Below are positions 47,701 through 59,459 of a stretch of 59,459 nucleotides of DNA, piece after piece. The notes beneath the pieces were generated by a model. That model worked only from the letters and a program-made list of their open reading frames with translations, had not been told where the DNA came from and did no database searches. The position numbers were made by a program, and so were the translations under genes. Positions within the stretch are counted from its first letter, which is position 1; each line of letters opens with the position of its first letter. The stretch comes from Phoronis australis (Eukaryota > Animalia > Phoronida). The stretch spans positions 729,880-789,338 of the forward strand of contig NMRA01000067.1 in NCBI GenBank assembly GCA_002633005.1, in the 5' to 3' direction.

Positions 47701-50700
47701 AATACATCCCAACCTGACCCCAGACGAACTCCACAGCTAAAATAGGGCGTGGCCTATGACTGTACCATAAAACACGATTGTACAGAGTCGTATATACTGC
47801 GCAAAATGGAATTCTTTAGTGAAAACGGCATAAAAAACGGGAAATATCTACACTTTTAGATGCCTTACTAAAAGCAATGAATGTGCAATATACTTTCCAT
47901 TGTGGCATATTTATGGGTGATATACTGTAGGTTAACAATTTTATCGACAGTAGAGTACTTAGTCTGAAAGCCTGCCTGTTCTTCCGGGATACATTTCCTA
48001 TTAGTCGACCATTCAACTATCCGAGAATAAAGAATAGTTGCAAAAATTTTATGTGTACTATCTATTACGGAGATCCCTCTATAATTACTTGGATTAGCTC
48101 CGTCTCCCTTTTTGAAACACGGCACAATAATACTTTTTTACCATTATGGGATGGATAGTGCCGGTATTGAAAATTCTCTTAAAAAGTTTGTAGAGAAATT
48201 CTACTAGGACCTAAGGAAAGCACTTCACGCGGTATACCGTCTTCTTCGGGAGAATTCTTTTGTTTCTTAATGCCCCTCACTATTTCATCTGCGTTACCGT
48301 GGGCATTAAGTTCAACCATGTCAAAGACACAGGTTACAGATGCCTACAGAGGAATTCTGGACAAGACGAGATTGGTTTTCTGAGCCATGGTAGCTTGAAT
48401 CCTGCAGTTTCATTAAAAAATGACTTCTGAGTTGACTGGGCATTTTGAGTTCTGTATTGCTTATGTTCGAAAGCTACGAATGGTATTTCCATGACTTTCT
48501 AAGTCTATTGTGAGTGAAAGAATTCTAGCTGTTGCAGCTGCGCGATGTGGGTGTCAAAGCTGCTTATTCTTCAATAGATACTGTCAAGTCGGATCTGCAA
48601 AACATCAGAAGAGAAATCGGAAAAAATTGCAAATTGGTACGCCGATTTAAAGAAGTTGACAGATCATCTGGGAGCACAAGAGCGTGTTCCTCGTGCAAAA
48701 GGCAGGAGTACCTACAGAGCAACACAACCAGCTGATAGTTCTAAGGAGAGACGAACAATTACAATTCCTTTTATAGATGATGTTAACACTCAGCTATCAG
48801 AGCGATTTTGCAATCAGTCAACGTTAGTTGCATCAGCGTTTATGCCACTTATCCCGACTATTATTAAGGAACAATGCATTGGCCAACTTTCTTCGAATGT
48901 CGAAAATCTGTCCAACTACAGGACAGACTTTACCGAAATTACCGCTCCATGAAGAAACCTCATGACAGAGCTCGAGGACATGGCGAGGTAAGTGGAAGTA
49001 TGGCAAAGATCCGCCACATTCACTGAGTTCGGCATTGCAAAATTGTTCGAAGGATCCAAATGTGCAAGTGTTGTGGCAGAAAGGATGTGTGATCAGCGAA
49101 CAGCTGTGAAGCGGAGAGGTCGTTTTCGGCAGTTCGTCGAGTAAAAAACATGTTGAGGTCAACGACGACTGAAAGCCGCGGTATTGAGTTCTCTTGTTTC
49201 TGTGAATTGCTGTAGCACTTCAGAATTTGATGTACAAGATATTTGTCAAAGGTTCACTTTTATAGAGCCGCCTCGTAGGCTGTTTTCGGCCTTGTATAAG
49301 AACTAATTTGCTTAACAGGTAGACCTGGATGTTTTGCAAGATAGCTTGCGCTGGACTCGCCGTTTAATTTTACTAGTAACACAGAATCACTTCATAACAA
49401 ATTTTGTCGCTCTAAAACCTATTTGTTTCTTGCTTGTCTTGAGTATACGTTGAATAAAACATAAACATTCCTTTTATTCTTAGCCTCGTCAAAGTTAAGA
49501 ACACTCCAATCCAAACTTCGCGAACTGATTCACCAATTAATGTGTAAATCGTCACGAACAAGCATTGAGTCACGAATATTGTGGAACTACACCCCCCTCC
49601 CCCCACGCACCCTCCACAGTGCCTTTATCTTTCAAGATTGACACCAGTGATAAGGTGACAGAGCGAGGAGAGGATGAACTGCTATTTAGCTAATTTCTGC
49701 ACTTCCTGTAGTCGTACAAGACGGGGAAAATTTCGTGGGATCAGTTTCATGGACTTTGAGTGCAAGGTTTTTTAACTCTTTGGCCCATTACATTCTTCAC
49801 ATTTTCACGTTCTGTACACTGACCACGTGCAGACAGAATGATATAAAAATAGCTCTATGTATATAGCTCATTTGATACAGCTGAGTGCCAGTGGTCTTTG
49901 ATTTGATTCAAGCCCAAACCCAGAAATACTGGAGTGCCACCTATTTCATTATATTACGGCAAAGCGTCACTAATCCAGTGACTGCCAACACTACCGCAGC
50001 TACTACCATGTTACTAATATCAGGCGACTTTACATGGCGCACATGCGGTAAAGCAAGACAATATGGTCCCCAAGGAATCTGAACCGTAAAACATGTACAA
50101 ACTCAGCAACAAGGGTACACCTAGGCAACACGTAGCCGCTCGGTTGGCCGGTTGGGGGCTACAATACTTCCCGTCGCTATCTGTACGAATTTCGTCCCGT
50201 GTATTTTGAACGGGCGGTTGGCCAGATCCAGTCACAGATTAAGAGTTTTCACCTTGTCAAAAACACATTCAACACATAAAGCTATCAATTAAAAAGCCCT
50301 TACTTTCTTCAGTGGTCCTTTCTACTTCTACACATATCTTCGTTGAAGCTTAGTTACGAGAATTAATGTGACTTTGGCGAAGAATTCCAACTCCACTTTT
50401 TTGGTCATCCTTACTTTTTCACCAAGCGCGCAATAACAAGGTATTTCTACCGAGTCACGTTGAGTTAGACAAAGGCTACTGCGAGAGTGAGCGAAGGCTG
50501 GCGCGTTTGCAAAATAGCATGTGAAGGTATCGGGTGAAATTTGTAAAATTTGTGTCCCTAGGACTTTTTATTCGTCAAGATGCGTGATTTCACGTAACTT
50601 CTTCAAAATGGCACCCGGTAAGAGAAACTCGAGCAAACCGCAACATATTTTCATCGATTTGTTCAAATTATCTTGACTGAATTGTCTCTAGACTTACGGT

Positions 50701-51860
50701 ATCGTTTTAATTATAACTCCTTGTGCATATATGCACGTTTCATTTGATTTTATTTCCTGTGTTTTGAAATTCGTAGCTGTTTGTGGGGATGTACTATCAT
50801 CCCTGTATGCCTGTGTCATCCAGGGCGATGTAATTGCCTAGGTACACCGGACTAGACTATCAACAGCCTCGGAGTATCAAAAAGCTATTGGTCAATCTTT
50901 GACAGAACATATCAAGACGATAATAAACCACTGTCATCATATAAATAACAGAACATATCAAGACGATAATAAACCACTGTCATCATATAAATATCGTATC
51001 CTAGTAACAAGGCGATCGGGACAAAACTCAGCGGCATCGGTATTTACACACTGGCAGGAGGTGTTACCAATCAGTATGCATATAGACCACAAGTGTACAG
51101 TGTTTTAATTCTTGTAAGCAGCACCTCGGGCTATGACCTCAATTATGTGATACAGACCCACTGCTAAGGTCCGATGCAATTGTATTGCTTTAGACCTTAA
51201 TTATTTTCATTCATAAAACTGCCTTTCTTCGGTTCTGTCGTTTACAATGTTACAGTCTAGTCACTTAACAAAACACTATGCAATTCTTTCTAGCGTACCT
51301 CAATTTAAACTCGTTCAGTAAAAAAACAAATGAACTAAGCTGTGTTTGCCCGAGATAGGTTCATAATGACGACGAAGAAAGCATTTGTTGAATCCGAAAT
51401 ATTTATGACTAACTTTGATGTCGAAAACAGTTTGAAGGTCTTTGTCCATGTAGTAAGTTAAGACGGCTAAACTGAATGCAGGATTACCGCAGACAAAAAG
51501 AACACGGTTGACCAATCCATCAGAGCGTTTGTGCGATTCATGTGCGCTCTAATCTCAATTTGAGCAAGTTTTGTACACAGCGCACAGGCAGCGTTCCGCT
51601 CGTCCTGACACTTACGATAACATAATCTATTACACTGTAACTTCCAAGTTGTTTTCGAGAGCGCGTGTGACCAGCGCAGCTACAGTTCATTAACCTGTAA
51701 AAATCTGATGCCACCATTTGGACGTCCATCGGGCGTATCCTGTTCGTTAAGTGTGGAGGCTCGAAGAAAGAAAGGACAATCATACAGCGAACGGTAAAAT
51801 ATAATCATTCAACTTACCGACACAGGCCAGAAGCAAAAATCCAATGAGCGACGAATTCAT
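44514..51860 (-). CDS. Ly6/uPAR three-finger, GPI-anchored protein (quiver/sleepless-like architecture), 125 aa
   Basis: Join 51860-51818, 45252-45122, 44717-44514 (43+131+204 = 378 nt), GT-AG. Signal peptide MNSSLIGFLLLACVGSSFA, LKCYVC start, 10 Cys in the domain, CCSTDLCN motif, hydrophobic C-terminal tail. Confidence 0.88.
45122..45252 (-). CDS. Ly6 gene exon 2 (GSSFALKCYVCSSVGGIGSQTCSDPFDK...CGSGEVCQ)
   Basis: tatttcag| ... cag|gtatgt; phase 1->0. Confidence 0.9.
46264..46480 (+). pseudogene. THAP-domain relic of a DNA transposon
   Basis: MAKRCCCGVCYSDSRYTDRDESPVNFWPLPKPESKVLMSTRWIN* then frameshifted PHEQ; C2CH THAP N-half with F-P-K-P and W positions. Confidence 0.65.
47311..49650 (+). 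mobile_element. Decayed hAT transposon; transposase relic at ~48330-49300; right end uncertain
   Basis: Left end CAGTGGGGGATTAGGAAGGGGG; ITIPFIDDVNTQLSERF and SCEAERSFSAVRRVKNMLRSTTTESR (49096-49180), the hAT C-terminal dimerisation motif. Confidence 0.7.
47430..48320 (-). mobile_element. Non-LTR retrotransposon reverse-transcriptase relic nested in the hAT element
   Basis: PCFKKGDGANPSNYRGISVIDSTHKIF...IPEEQAGFQTKYST, SPWLFSVFI, LFADDLVL; stops and frameshifts. Confidence 0.85.
50902..50993. repeat. 46-bp perfect tandem duplication
   Basis: acagaacatatcaagacgataataaaccactgtcatcatataaata occurs twice. Confidence 0.9.
51818..51860 (-). CDS. Ly6 gene exon 1 (signal peptide MNSSLIGFLLLACV-G)
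   Basis: caaaaATG context, G|GTAAGT donor; phase 1 matches exon 2; two CCAAT boxes about 90-120 nt upstream. Confidence 0.8.
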
Positions 51861-52089
51861 TTTTGATACGCAAGTATCTCTCTGTCGGAGGCGTCAGATC
51901 GCGAAGCTGTTACAAGTCCGAGTGGCAGCTGAACACGCCTTGCGTAATTACCAATGCGCAGCAAGCTAAAGGTTCTGACCAATCCGAGGTCGTGGATAGA
52001 AATCTCGGAGGAAGACTTCCCTCGTAGGCGATTCAACGCAGACTACGACGAAGACCATTGTCTGTAGCTCTAACAGACAAGTTCGTGAA

Positions 52090-52159
52090 CATGGGCGGCG
52101 CACCATGGGGGGGGGGGGCTTTTATAGCCACCACTTTTATCAGTGCTGCGCCGCCCGTG
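52090..52159. mobile_element. 70-bp MITE (CATGGGCGGCGCA...TGCGCCGCCCGTG)
   Basis: 13-bp imperfect TIR, G-run, flanks gtgaa/gtcaa. Confidence 0.7.
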
Positions 52160-53187
52160 GTCAAGGAGTATATACGGTAATTTATAACTTTCACAACCAG
52201 CAAAAATTGATACCCGGGGTTCATTTTTTCTGCTTCCCTAACCCATTATCTGTGATGAATTATTTTTTAAGGACTCGCAAAATGTCGCTTATTTCCACAA
52301 CGTTATTTGGCACTTTGCTGGGCAAAACACAGTGAGAACTGTTCTGTGCCCCCTTAAGATCGGACCTTTGTTGGAATGAGCAAGTGTCATGGCGCTCAGC
52401 GTCACCTTACGAATCAAGAAAGTTACAAATTTTGGCGATGGTTTTCGTTGTTCTATGTCATTTGTTTCATGCGGAGACAATAGTGTTTACTATGTCTGTT
52501 TGTATGTTTATGTTGTTCAAGTTATTTACAGACAGGCCTTCAGTTGAAAAAGTGTATACCATGTTTATTGCAACGGTTAATTGTACCTGTGATAATGTTT
52601 GTTCAATGAAAAATAAACGTTTTACTAACTTACTTAAGGCGGGAGGGGGGGCGAGCCCCTGCCCCCCCTAAATCTGAATATGTAAGCTTTCAAGATTTGC
52701 CCATTCAAAACGATAATGTCGTTCTTATTGTTTCAAAATATTCATCCTTATCTTCTGAGGTAAGCGCCTCCCCCCGGATGAACGAGCTCCGGAGTCAGAT
52801 CAATAATCCACAGACAGAGTTACGCAACGAACTTCTCACGCGGGCAATAAAAACCAAAGCTAGGACAAGCTCAGTCGTTCGACTGATACAGTGAGGCGAG
52901 TCACGTGCTGACCAAAATGCTAGCGTTTGTGCTAGCACTTTCAAGGATAGCGAAACCGACAATAATATGTGAACGGTCGCAAAGGTATAACTTTTATAGT
53001 CTCCTGCACAGACCCTCGTGACGTCAGCTTGTGAGGCCCGGGAACCAGGTTATAACTTTTACTGCCAGACCGCTTAGGACACACGTGCGCAATGGCAAGA
53101 GGCTTTTGTTCTATCGTCACATCAACCAATGCGTTATTATACCAAGCATGCAGAGAGTGGAGGGAACTGTTCTCACAGCAATCTCTC

Positions 53188-53345
53188 TATGCGCACATCC
53201 AGGGGGGGGGGCTCGAACGAGCACAGTTTACAGTTGTGAAGGTAGAACCCGTTTTATTTAGTCTTGCCAATATTTTGTCAGCACAAAGTCCACACCGACA
53301 GAAATTCGAGCCCCCCCTCAATATTGAAGGCTGGGCGCGCGCATG
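53188..53345. mobile_element. MITE with 5-bp TSD CTCTC
   Basis: ctctc|TATGCGCACATCCAGGGGGGG...GCTCGAA ... TTCGAGCCCCCC...CTGGGCGCGCGCATG|ctctc. Confidence 0.7.
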
Positions 53346-55019
53346 CTCTCACTGCATTTTGGCAAACTAACGCTCAATGCATGGATTTGTGTGTCACCTT
53401 TTTCTGCAGTCTGTCGCTAAAACCGGCTCAGAATGAATTAAAGTTTTGAGATATTGCACGCTAAACACACAGAATGTCTTGAATTTTTGGCCCTTTACTC
53501 CCACTGAACTTAGGTAGGCTAAAAAAGCTGTCAAAAATACAAAACAGGTTCTTTTCATCGCAAAACCACCACCTTTCTGCTGAGTGCGCAACATATGAAT
53601 GCAAATTACCCACAGATTCCAAAAATGTGGCCCAGTGCTGTCAACCAATTGACTTTTTTCCAATTCTGAATTGGAAAAGTTCACATATAGGTAGAAAATG
53701 GAGCAAAAGAAGCAAAAAATCAGAACTACATCATAAGCAAGGGAAGGCAGGGCGTGACTAATCAGTGTTGACTGGGTGGATTTGGTCGATTGGAGGGTGG
53801 GTACGTTTAGATTTTGCAAAATTTAGGGATTCACACCTTACAACGTCCTACACTGGAGCAGGGGAGTCTGGACCCCTTGTATTCGTGCCGGGTGGAATCT
53901 GATATGGGTAGCGACTGATGGTGGTCGGTGAAACTGGTAGTAACCGGGAGGAGGAGAAAATCATTAAAGGGTGAAATTCTTGCTTCCAGTCCACCAAAAA
54001 CATACATTGTATGTCTCTTTAAATACACAGTCCATCTACGGGAAATTATTTTCTAATGTCAACCAGTTCTCATAAACTGACTGGAGACAACTCATTTTTA
54101 TCAAGTCACATTTTATTAACTCAACTATCACCAGTTAGTTAAAGGCATACCCAGCTTGCATCGGCAGGTAAAAATGACCAACTTCAAAGTAAATAACATA
54201 AGGACGCCTTATTTACTGACTTGATGTTTTAAGACCCGTGTCAAAACAAAAATCTAAAGAAACGACATCGTTACTGAGTGTGACGGGGTTTCCAGGTAAT
54301 ACACAAACTACTGAAGTAGTACCTTCGGATATGGGATTTAATGTCACTTTAAAAGAGCGCTTCCTTCAACACTCCCTATGGCAAATTATCAAGCAGGTTA
54401 CCTAACCATTATTAATATTTATTACGCACTGAAGTACTTACCATGATAGAAAATATGTGAACCTCGAACAACAGTCAAAATTGCACAAAAAACGATGCTT
54501 CTCGATCATATATCTATCTCTGTGTCATGTTTCGATAAAAACTCTTAAGCCATTTTGACAAGCACTATTTTGTTCAAAACGGGATAGCACATTTCTTAAA
54601 TTCGCCCAAAAATGAAGCGGTGCTGGCGTATCCCAGCCATAAATTTAAATAATGTGAAGTTTCACCAGAATCTGTCAAGACGCTTTGAAAAATAATTGAC
54701 TGACTGACTCTGACTCTGACTCCAGGCGTTGTCCATCCACTGCAGGATGTAGCCCTCCGACAATGAGAAATAACTGACAGACAAGGAAAATATTGTGGAT
54801 GCAGAAAAATGCTGCAGTATAGTGTCCAAATTATAAGCACATAAGTGAGCTTAAACTGCGTATACAAAATAACCAGTGCTAGTCAATGATTTGTAAACAG
54901 GAGCAATACAATGCACCCACTACTGCACCTTGAACAATATGTTTTAGGGGTGTTCATTACTATCATATATCATATAATATAGATTATTAACCAACCAACG
55001 ACGGCCAGGATGTCGACTG

Positions 55020-55200
55020 TAATAATTTAAATAAGTAATAGCAAATCAATAAAAACAAATAATATAAATAAATAATGATAGATAAATGATAATAAATAAA
55101 GGATAATAAATAAATAATAAAGTATAGATAAAAACAAATATATGATAATACAACAATAATAGAATTAGTAAAGGAATAGTAATAGTGAAAACAATCTTTT
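55020..55200. repeat. A/T-rich low-complexity tract (AATAA-like)
   Basis: Visible composition. Confidence 0.7.
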
Positions 55201-56539
55201 AGATCTGAATGTATTAAGACTGCAGAAAGAAATGAATGAAAGTAATTAGAAGCATCAATGGGCATAGAATAAAGTAATTAGTAGTTCCTCAAATCATGCA
55301 AACCATTTGCGATAATTTTATGTATAAGCGATCAAATGCAAGGAACAGTAAATCACCCAGCCCATCGCTTGTTGAGTGGCAACAGTTTCACGCAAAACAT
55401 CCTTTGTTTCAAGCGTGAACATCATCCATCTTAATAAGAGGAGAAGCGAAAAAAGCATTAGTCACGAATTTTCAATTAACAGTTGCTGCAGACACAGGCA
55501 GTGCAACAAACACCGTTGCTTTTTTAACGACCGCAGACGTCATATTTTGCCATATTATTTTGTTTACTGCACACACGCCCGGTAGACGCTCTACGGTCCA
55601 TGAAACAACAATGTCGGCCAGTGGCCATCCAATGGGATTTCGCTAGGAGATTTGATTCCCTCGCTAGGGTCTCTGATAGAACTGTAGACACGCATTCCAA
55701 CTCCCGCAGCTGAGGTTGCGCCGCGCACGCGTGGGTTTGTTTGCATTGTTTGCTTCGGTCCCTGCTTATATTACTACCACTGCCTACCTGCTAGCCGTTA
55801 TTAAAGTCATCTAGACGTATTACACTAACTTCGAAAGTTTACGATCTCCATACCAACATGATCAAGCACCCCCGGAGTTCTAATACGATATCAAAATAAT
55901 GTACCCAGGACAGTTTATATAAATGATTGATTTTAATCAGTAAAATTTGCAAGGAAATAATTTGAATGAATCAAGATTGCTACGTTATCAAGACAAAGAT
56001 TTTAGAATATGGATCCCTCACACCTGCTGTGAAGAATTTGGTGGGACATTAATCCAAAAATACGCATCTTCAGCAGAATGCAGCAGTTTAGTGATGCTCA
56101 GGGCGATTTTCTCTTGGATACCCCTCTCTGATCTATTCAAATGCATGGACCCTAGTACTAAGAAAAGTAAAAAAGATGAAACATAAAATAGAAACCTTAT
56201 TTAATAAAAGTACAACTGAATTTATCACCATTCCTGAAAGTTTATTCATAGTGATTGGATGCCCNCCCCCCCCCCCCCTCCCCCATTCTGCATGCTACTG
56301 TACAACTCCACGTAGTCATAGGACCTTTGGTACCATCTTGATACAATTCAAATCATTAAAAATCAGATTGCATTTACAAAAATGTAATACCCTAATTATT
56401 CAAGTTACCTATCTGAAATTTGCAGATAAAGGTATTCTGGTAGAAAAATGGGCAAACATGTATTGTATAGCTCTGAAATATACTGGGTATAGCTCATTAC
56501 ATTGGTTGCAGTCAGACCGAACGACGATCTCCCGCCGAC

Positions 56540-56960
56540 ATTTCGAAGATAATGAATATGTAACAATTATAAATGTTTGTATTAAAGAGTGTAATTATCT
56601 AAGTAACAAATATACAGAATGGGAAATTGCTTCATGAAAATAAAGGAATATGCCACGAGCTACTCTATGATGAAAAAAGAAATCAGAAAATGATGGCGAA
56701 GAAAAGTTGGTTGAACTTATTATAAGTTATCAGGACAGAATTGGATGAAGGTATGGTTAGTGAAGGAATTGTTCATGATTTGGAAAAGGCAAAAACTGAT
56801 CTGCAATTATTACAAAGTCAGAGAGTTCGTGACGAAATGGTGAGAAGTAAGGCCCAGTTTGTTGAGAACAGGGAAAATAACTCCACTTTTTGCTTTACTG
56901 GAGAAGAGGATTAAAAAAACTAGCAGTTGAAAAAAGATTTTGCTGAAATTGGATCAGAAT
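56540..56960 (+). mobile_element. L1/Tx1-clade LINE ORF2 relic
   Basis: EWEIAS*KIKEYATSYS ... LEKAKTDLQLLQSQRVRDEMVRSKAQFVENRENNSTF, the RSKAxxxExGE linker motif. Confidence 0.65.
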
Positions 56961-57439
56961 TATTTACGCAACAAAGACAAGGAGCTGAAGTCTAAAGATG
57001 ATGCCCAGCATCAGCCATTAGATTATCGGCGACCAATATCATTACAAAACACTGCTTATGAACTGTTACAAAAGTTCTTAGAGCCTTTATAAATAATATC
57101 ACGGGAAAATTGGTTATTATAAAATATAAAAATATTACTTATGCGCTGGGTCATATTCTATTCTTTAGAATTTTCAAAACCATTATGACACTATAAAATG
57201 GGATATATTTTCAATCAAATTTACATTCTTCCACACAATCTTTCGTTGCCTCCTTATTTTAAAGAGGTTTATACTGAAAGTGTTCTGAAAAAGATGTGAT
57301 TAGTTAGTGAAGACATATGTTCATCTTGTGGTGCTTTTCATCATTATGTTGTGAAAACGCATTCTTTGTACAGACCTGCATGCTGAAAACACTTTTGAAT
57401 AAATGTTCATTTGCTACACGAATAGCGTGTAATATTCTG

Positions 57440-58270
57440 CAAAGCCAACTGGCTGACACCTGGTCAAACCAGATTCAATCAGCACCCAAATTAAGAACGT
57501 TAAAAAACTCTTTAAAATGCTTTTGAAATAAAGCTGTGCATTACGCTTCCGCTTTTAAGCGATCTTTGCGACCATATATTGCTCAGTTTCGATGCTGAAT
57601 CCTTCCTTTCAGAGTAGAAACGGGACGCTTTATAATTTATCCTTGGAGGACAGAATGTATGAGATATGTATTTGTATATAATCATTGTATATAGACTCCT
57701 TTGTATTTTTTTACCCAGTTCTAATGCCTCTTGGCGCTTTCTGGGTTATATATATTCATTGTATTCTGAAGATTTCGTAATAAACATTAAAAAAAATCCT
57801 TCCTTTCAGAGTAGAAACGGGACGCTTTATAATTTTTCCTTGGAGGACAGAATGTATGAGATATGTCACTCAGGACAAGTTGATGATGAGTTTCATTTTT
57901 TGTCTCATTCCAGTGTACGTGACAATTTTAGAGAAAAAATATTTGATGCTTTTCACAATATAGTTGACCCAGACACCAAATAATTCTTAAACAGTGAATT
58001 TTCATGTCTCCTGTTTATGATGTAAGTACCATACGTACTTTAGCTAAATATATCAAGGATGGTTTTTCAATCCGGAAATCAAATTTGTGCTGTTTCGTAG
58101 CTAACTATTCCCTTTTCCGGTGTTGTTATTTGAGTGGTATCTTTCACAGTTCCTTCCATGTTCTGCCATGTTGTTATTAATTAATTATCTTGTAATTACT
58201 ACAGTATTGTAAGACTCATCGAGGATAGTTGCCTCTTAGGTACAATACTTAAAATAAAGATTCATTCATG
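57440..58270 (+). mobile_element. 3' end of a LINE (CR1/L2/RTEX-like C-terminal domain) with AATAAA-(ATTC)n tail and an internal ~70-bp duplication
   Basis: PKLRT..IAQFRC*ILPFRVETGRF..LEDRMYEICHSGQVDDEFHF; tail aataaagattcattcat at 58253-58269; 57598-57669 is repeated at 57795-57865. Confidence 0.7.
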
Positions 58271-58999
58271 TGTAGATTTTTTTGAGAAACCCTTATTACT
58301 TATCTGCAAAAACCACGATACTATAAGTTAGATGATGTGTGCGTTTGTGTGCGTGTGTGCTCGCGCGCGTGCATGCGTGTGTCTGCACGCACGTTGTATT
58401 AAGCACACATTTTCCCTGATATATTTACTTTACTTTGAAAAAAATCAGTTTCATAAAACTGATGAAACATGCGATCAAATCTTACTCAGTAAAATAATTT
58501 CTAGGGACTGATGAAATTGATTGTCTATTACCGTGGGGAGAGGGGACCACCCTACTCGGACGATCATTTAATGGAATCCAAAATTTGGCCCCACCTAGGC
58601 CTATTGAAAACGTCTGGCTAGGCCAGTGACAACAACACTCGAAGTCACAACACTCCATCTAACCTCACTAGTAGGCTAGACAATCGGAAATGCAGAGTGC
58701 AAACTACCGCGGCAAGCCCCTTGAAATCTGGAGGTGGCGAGCTCTAATTCTAGAATGTATGAGTTACGAACGAAAGTTGGCATTCGAGTTCTAGTAGAGT
58801 TCTGTGGATATATCGAACGCATACGTGGCACTACAGCATGAAAGTTATAAGACAGTTGAGCTATGAGGCACTTACTGTACCTAGTATATAAAACTCTAGA
58901 TCTCCTACCCGTGCGTGGTCGAATCGTCTTGGACGCGATCGTTTTCACATTGGGTTAGAGTTTCGAGATGCCTGACAAATGGGGCTATTCGCAGAATTC

Positions 59000-59292
59000 T
59001 CCTCGCGGTGTCGCTGCTGTACTAGTGGCTGTCTGCATGTAAACAACTGGTAAAAGATGGAATTTTTATCAAAATACGTCGTCGCGCTAAGCCTTATTAC
59101 TGCTAATTTCCCCCATGCAAGTCTTCGACAGGTGGCCACAAATTCCCAAAAGACCTAAGGTTACTATATTTGTGGACAATTGCGGTCAACAGGGTCAACT
59201 AACTGACAAAAAGTGTGTGGATGCTGAAGCACCGTGTGTGCTCTATGACTATGCAGTTCCATTCGGAGACTACACAACATTACTTGGTAAGT
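59000..59292 (+). pseudogene. Second THAP-domain relic, apparently with splice sites
   Basis: RCCTSGCLHVNN |gtaaaa...cag| GHKFPKDLRLLYLWTIAVNRVN*LTKSVWMLKHRVCSM; donor gtaagt at 59287. Confidence 0.6.
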
Positions 59293-59459
59293 TTTTAGCA
59301 ATCACTTTCTATCAACATCGTTCGGTGATGTTATCCCCACCAGTTACCCCCTCTGAATAACAGTTTTATTGAGTGGAACTAAGTGTTTCTTTTTGGAAAC
59401 TCACCCGATACCAGGTAGGCTAGCAGCACATATTCATATTGTCCTGGGTGGGAGTGCTC

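Noticed and set aside
53840-59459. Possible additional minus-strand gene from exon-like blocks (donors at ~59404, 54441 and ~53841; acceptors at ~54776 and ~53934)
   Set aside because: No consistent frame or recognisable protein could be built; may be non-coding exons or chance splice motifs, and needs RNA-seq

Overview
Eukaryotic, intron-rich animal genomic DNA, most likely from an invertebrate. A mollusc or other lophotrochozoan is plausible from the repeat families but cannot be proven here. There are three assembly gaps, each inside a transposon. Three protein-coding genes can be built by hand. (1) A multi-C2H2 zinc-finger gene on the minus strand with one coding exon (CDS 4762->1796, 988 aa). 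(2) Head-to-head with it, a 10-coding-exon SLC37A4/G6PT (ER glucose-6-phosphate:Pi exchanger) gene on the plus strand (7932-33836, 436 aa). (3) A 3-exon GPI-anchored Ly6/three-finger gene on the minus strand (51860->44514, 125 aa). The most striking observation is in SLC37A4: coding exon 3 is present twice (13676-13770 and 14876-14970). Both copies are 95 nt, phase 1->0, open and GT-AG flanked, so they cannot be co-included in frame. They are highly diverged and keep complementary halves of the conserved G-x-x-Q-G-x-G-W-P motif, which makes them a candidate mutually exclusive exon switch in a pore-lining helix of G6PT. The rest is a dense transposon graveyard: a TTAA-flanked Kolobok-type foldback carrying a P2X7-ballast-like Cys-rich ORF, a Harbinger deletion derivative, a Helentron-type non-autonomous element, hAT-like MITEs with 5-bp TSDs, hAT, mariner, THAP and LINE relics, and minisatellites (one with higher-order structure). 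All comparisons to human proteins use sequences recalled from memory and need database confirmation.
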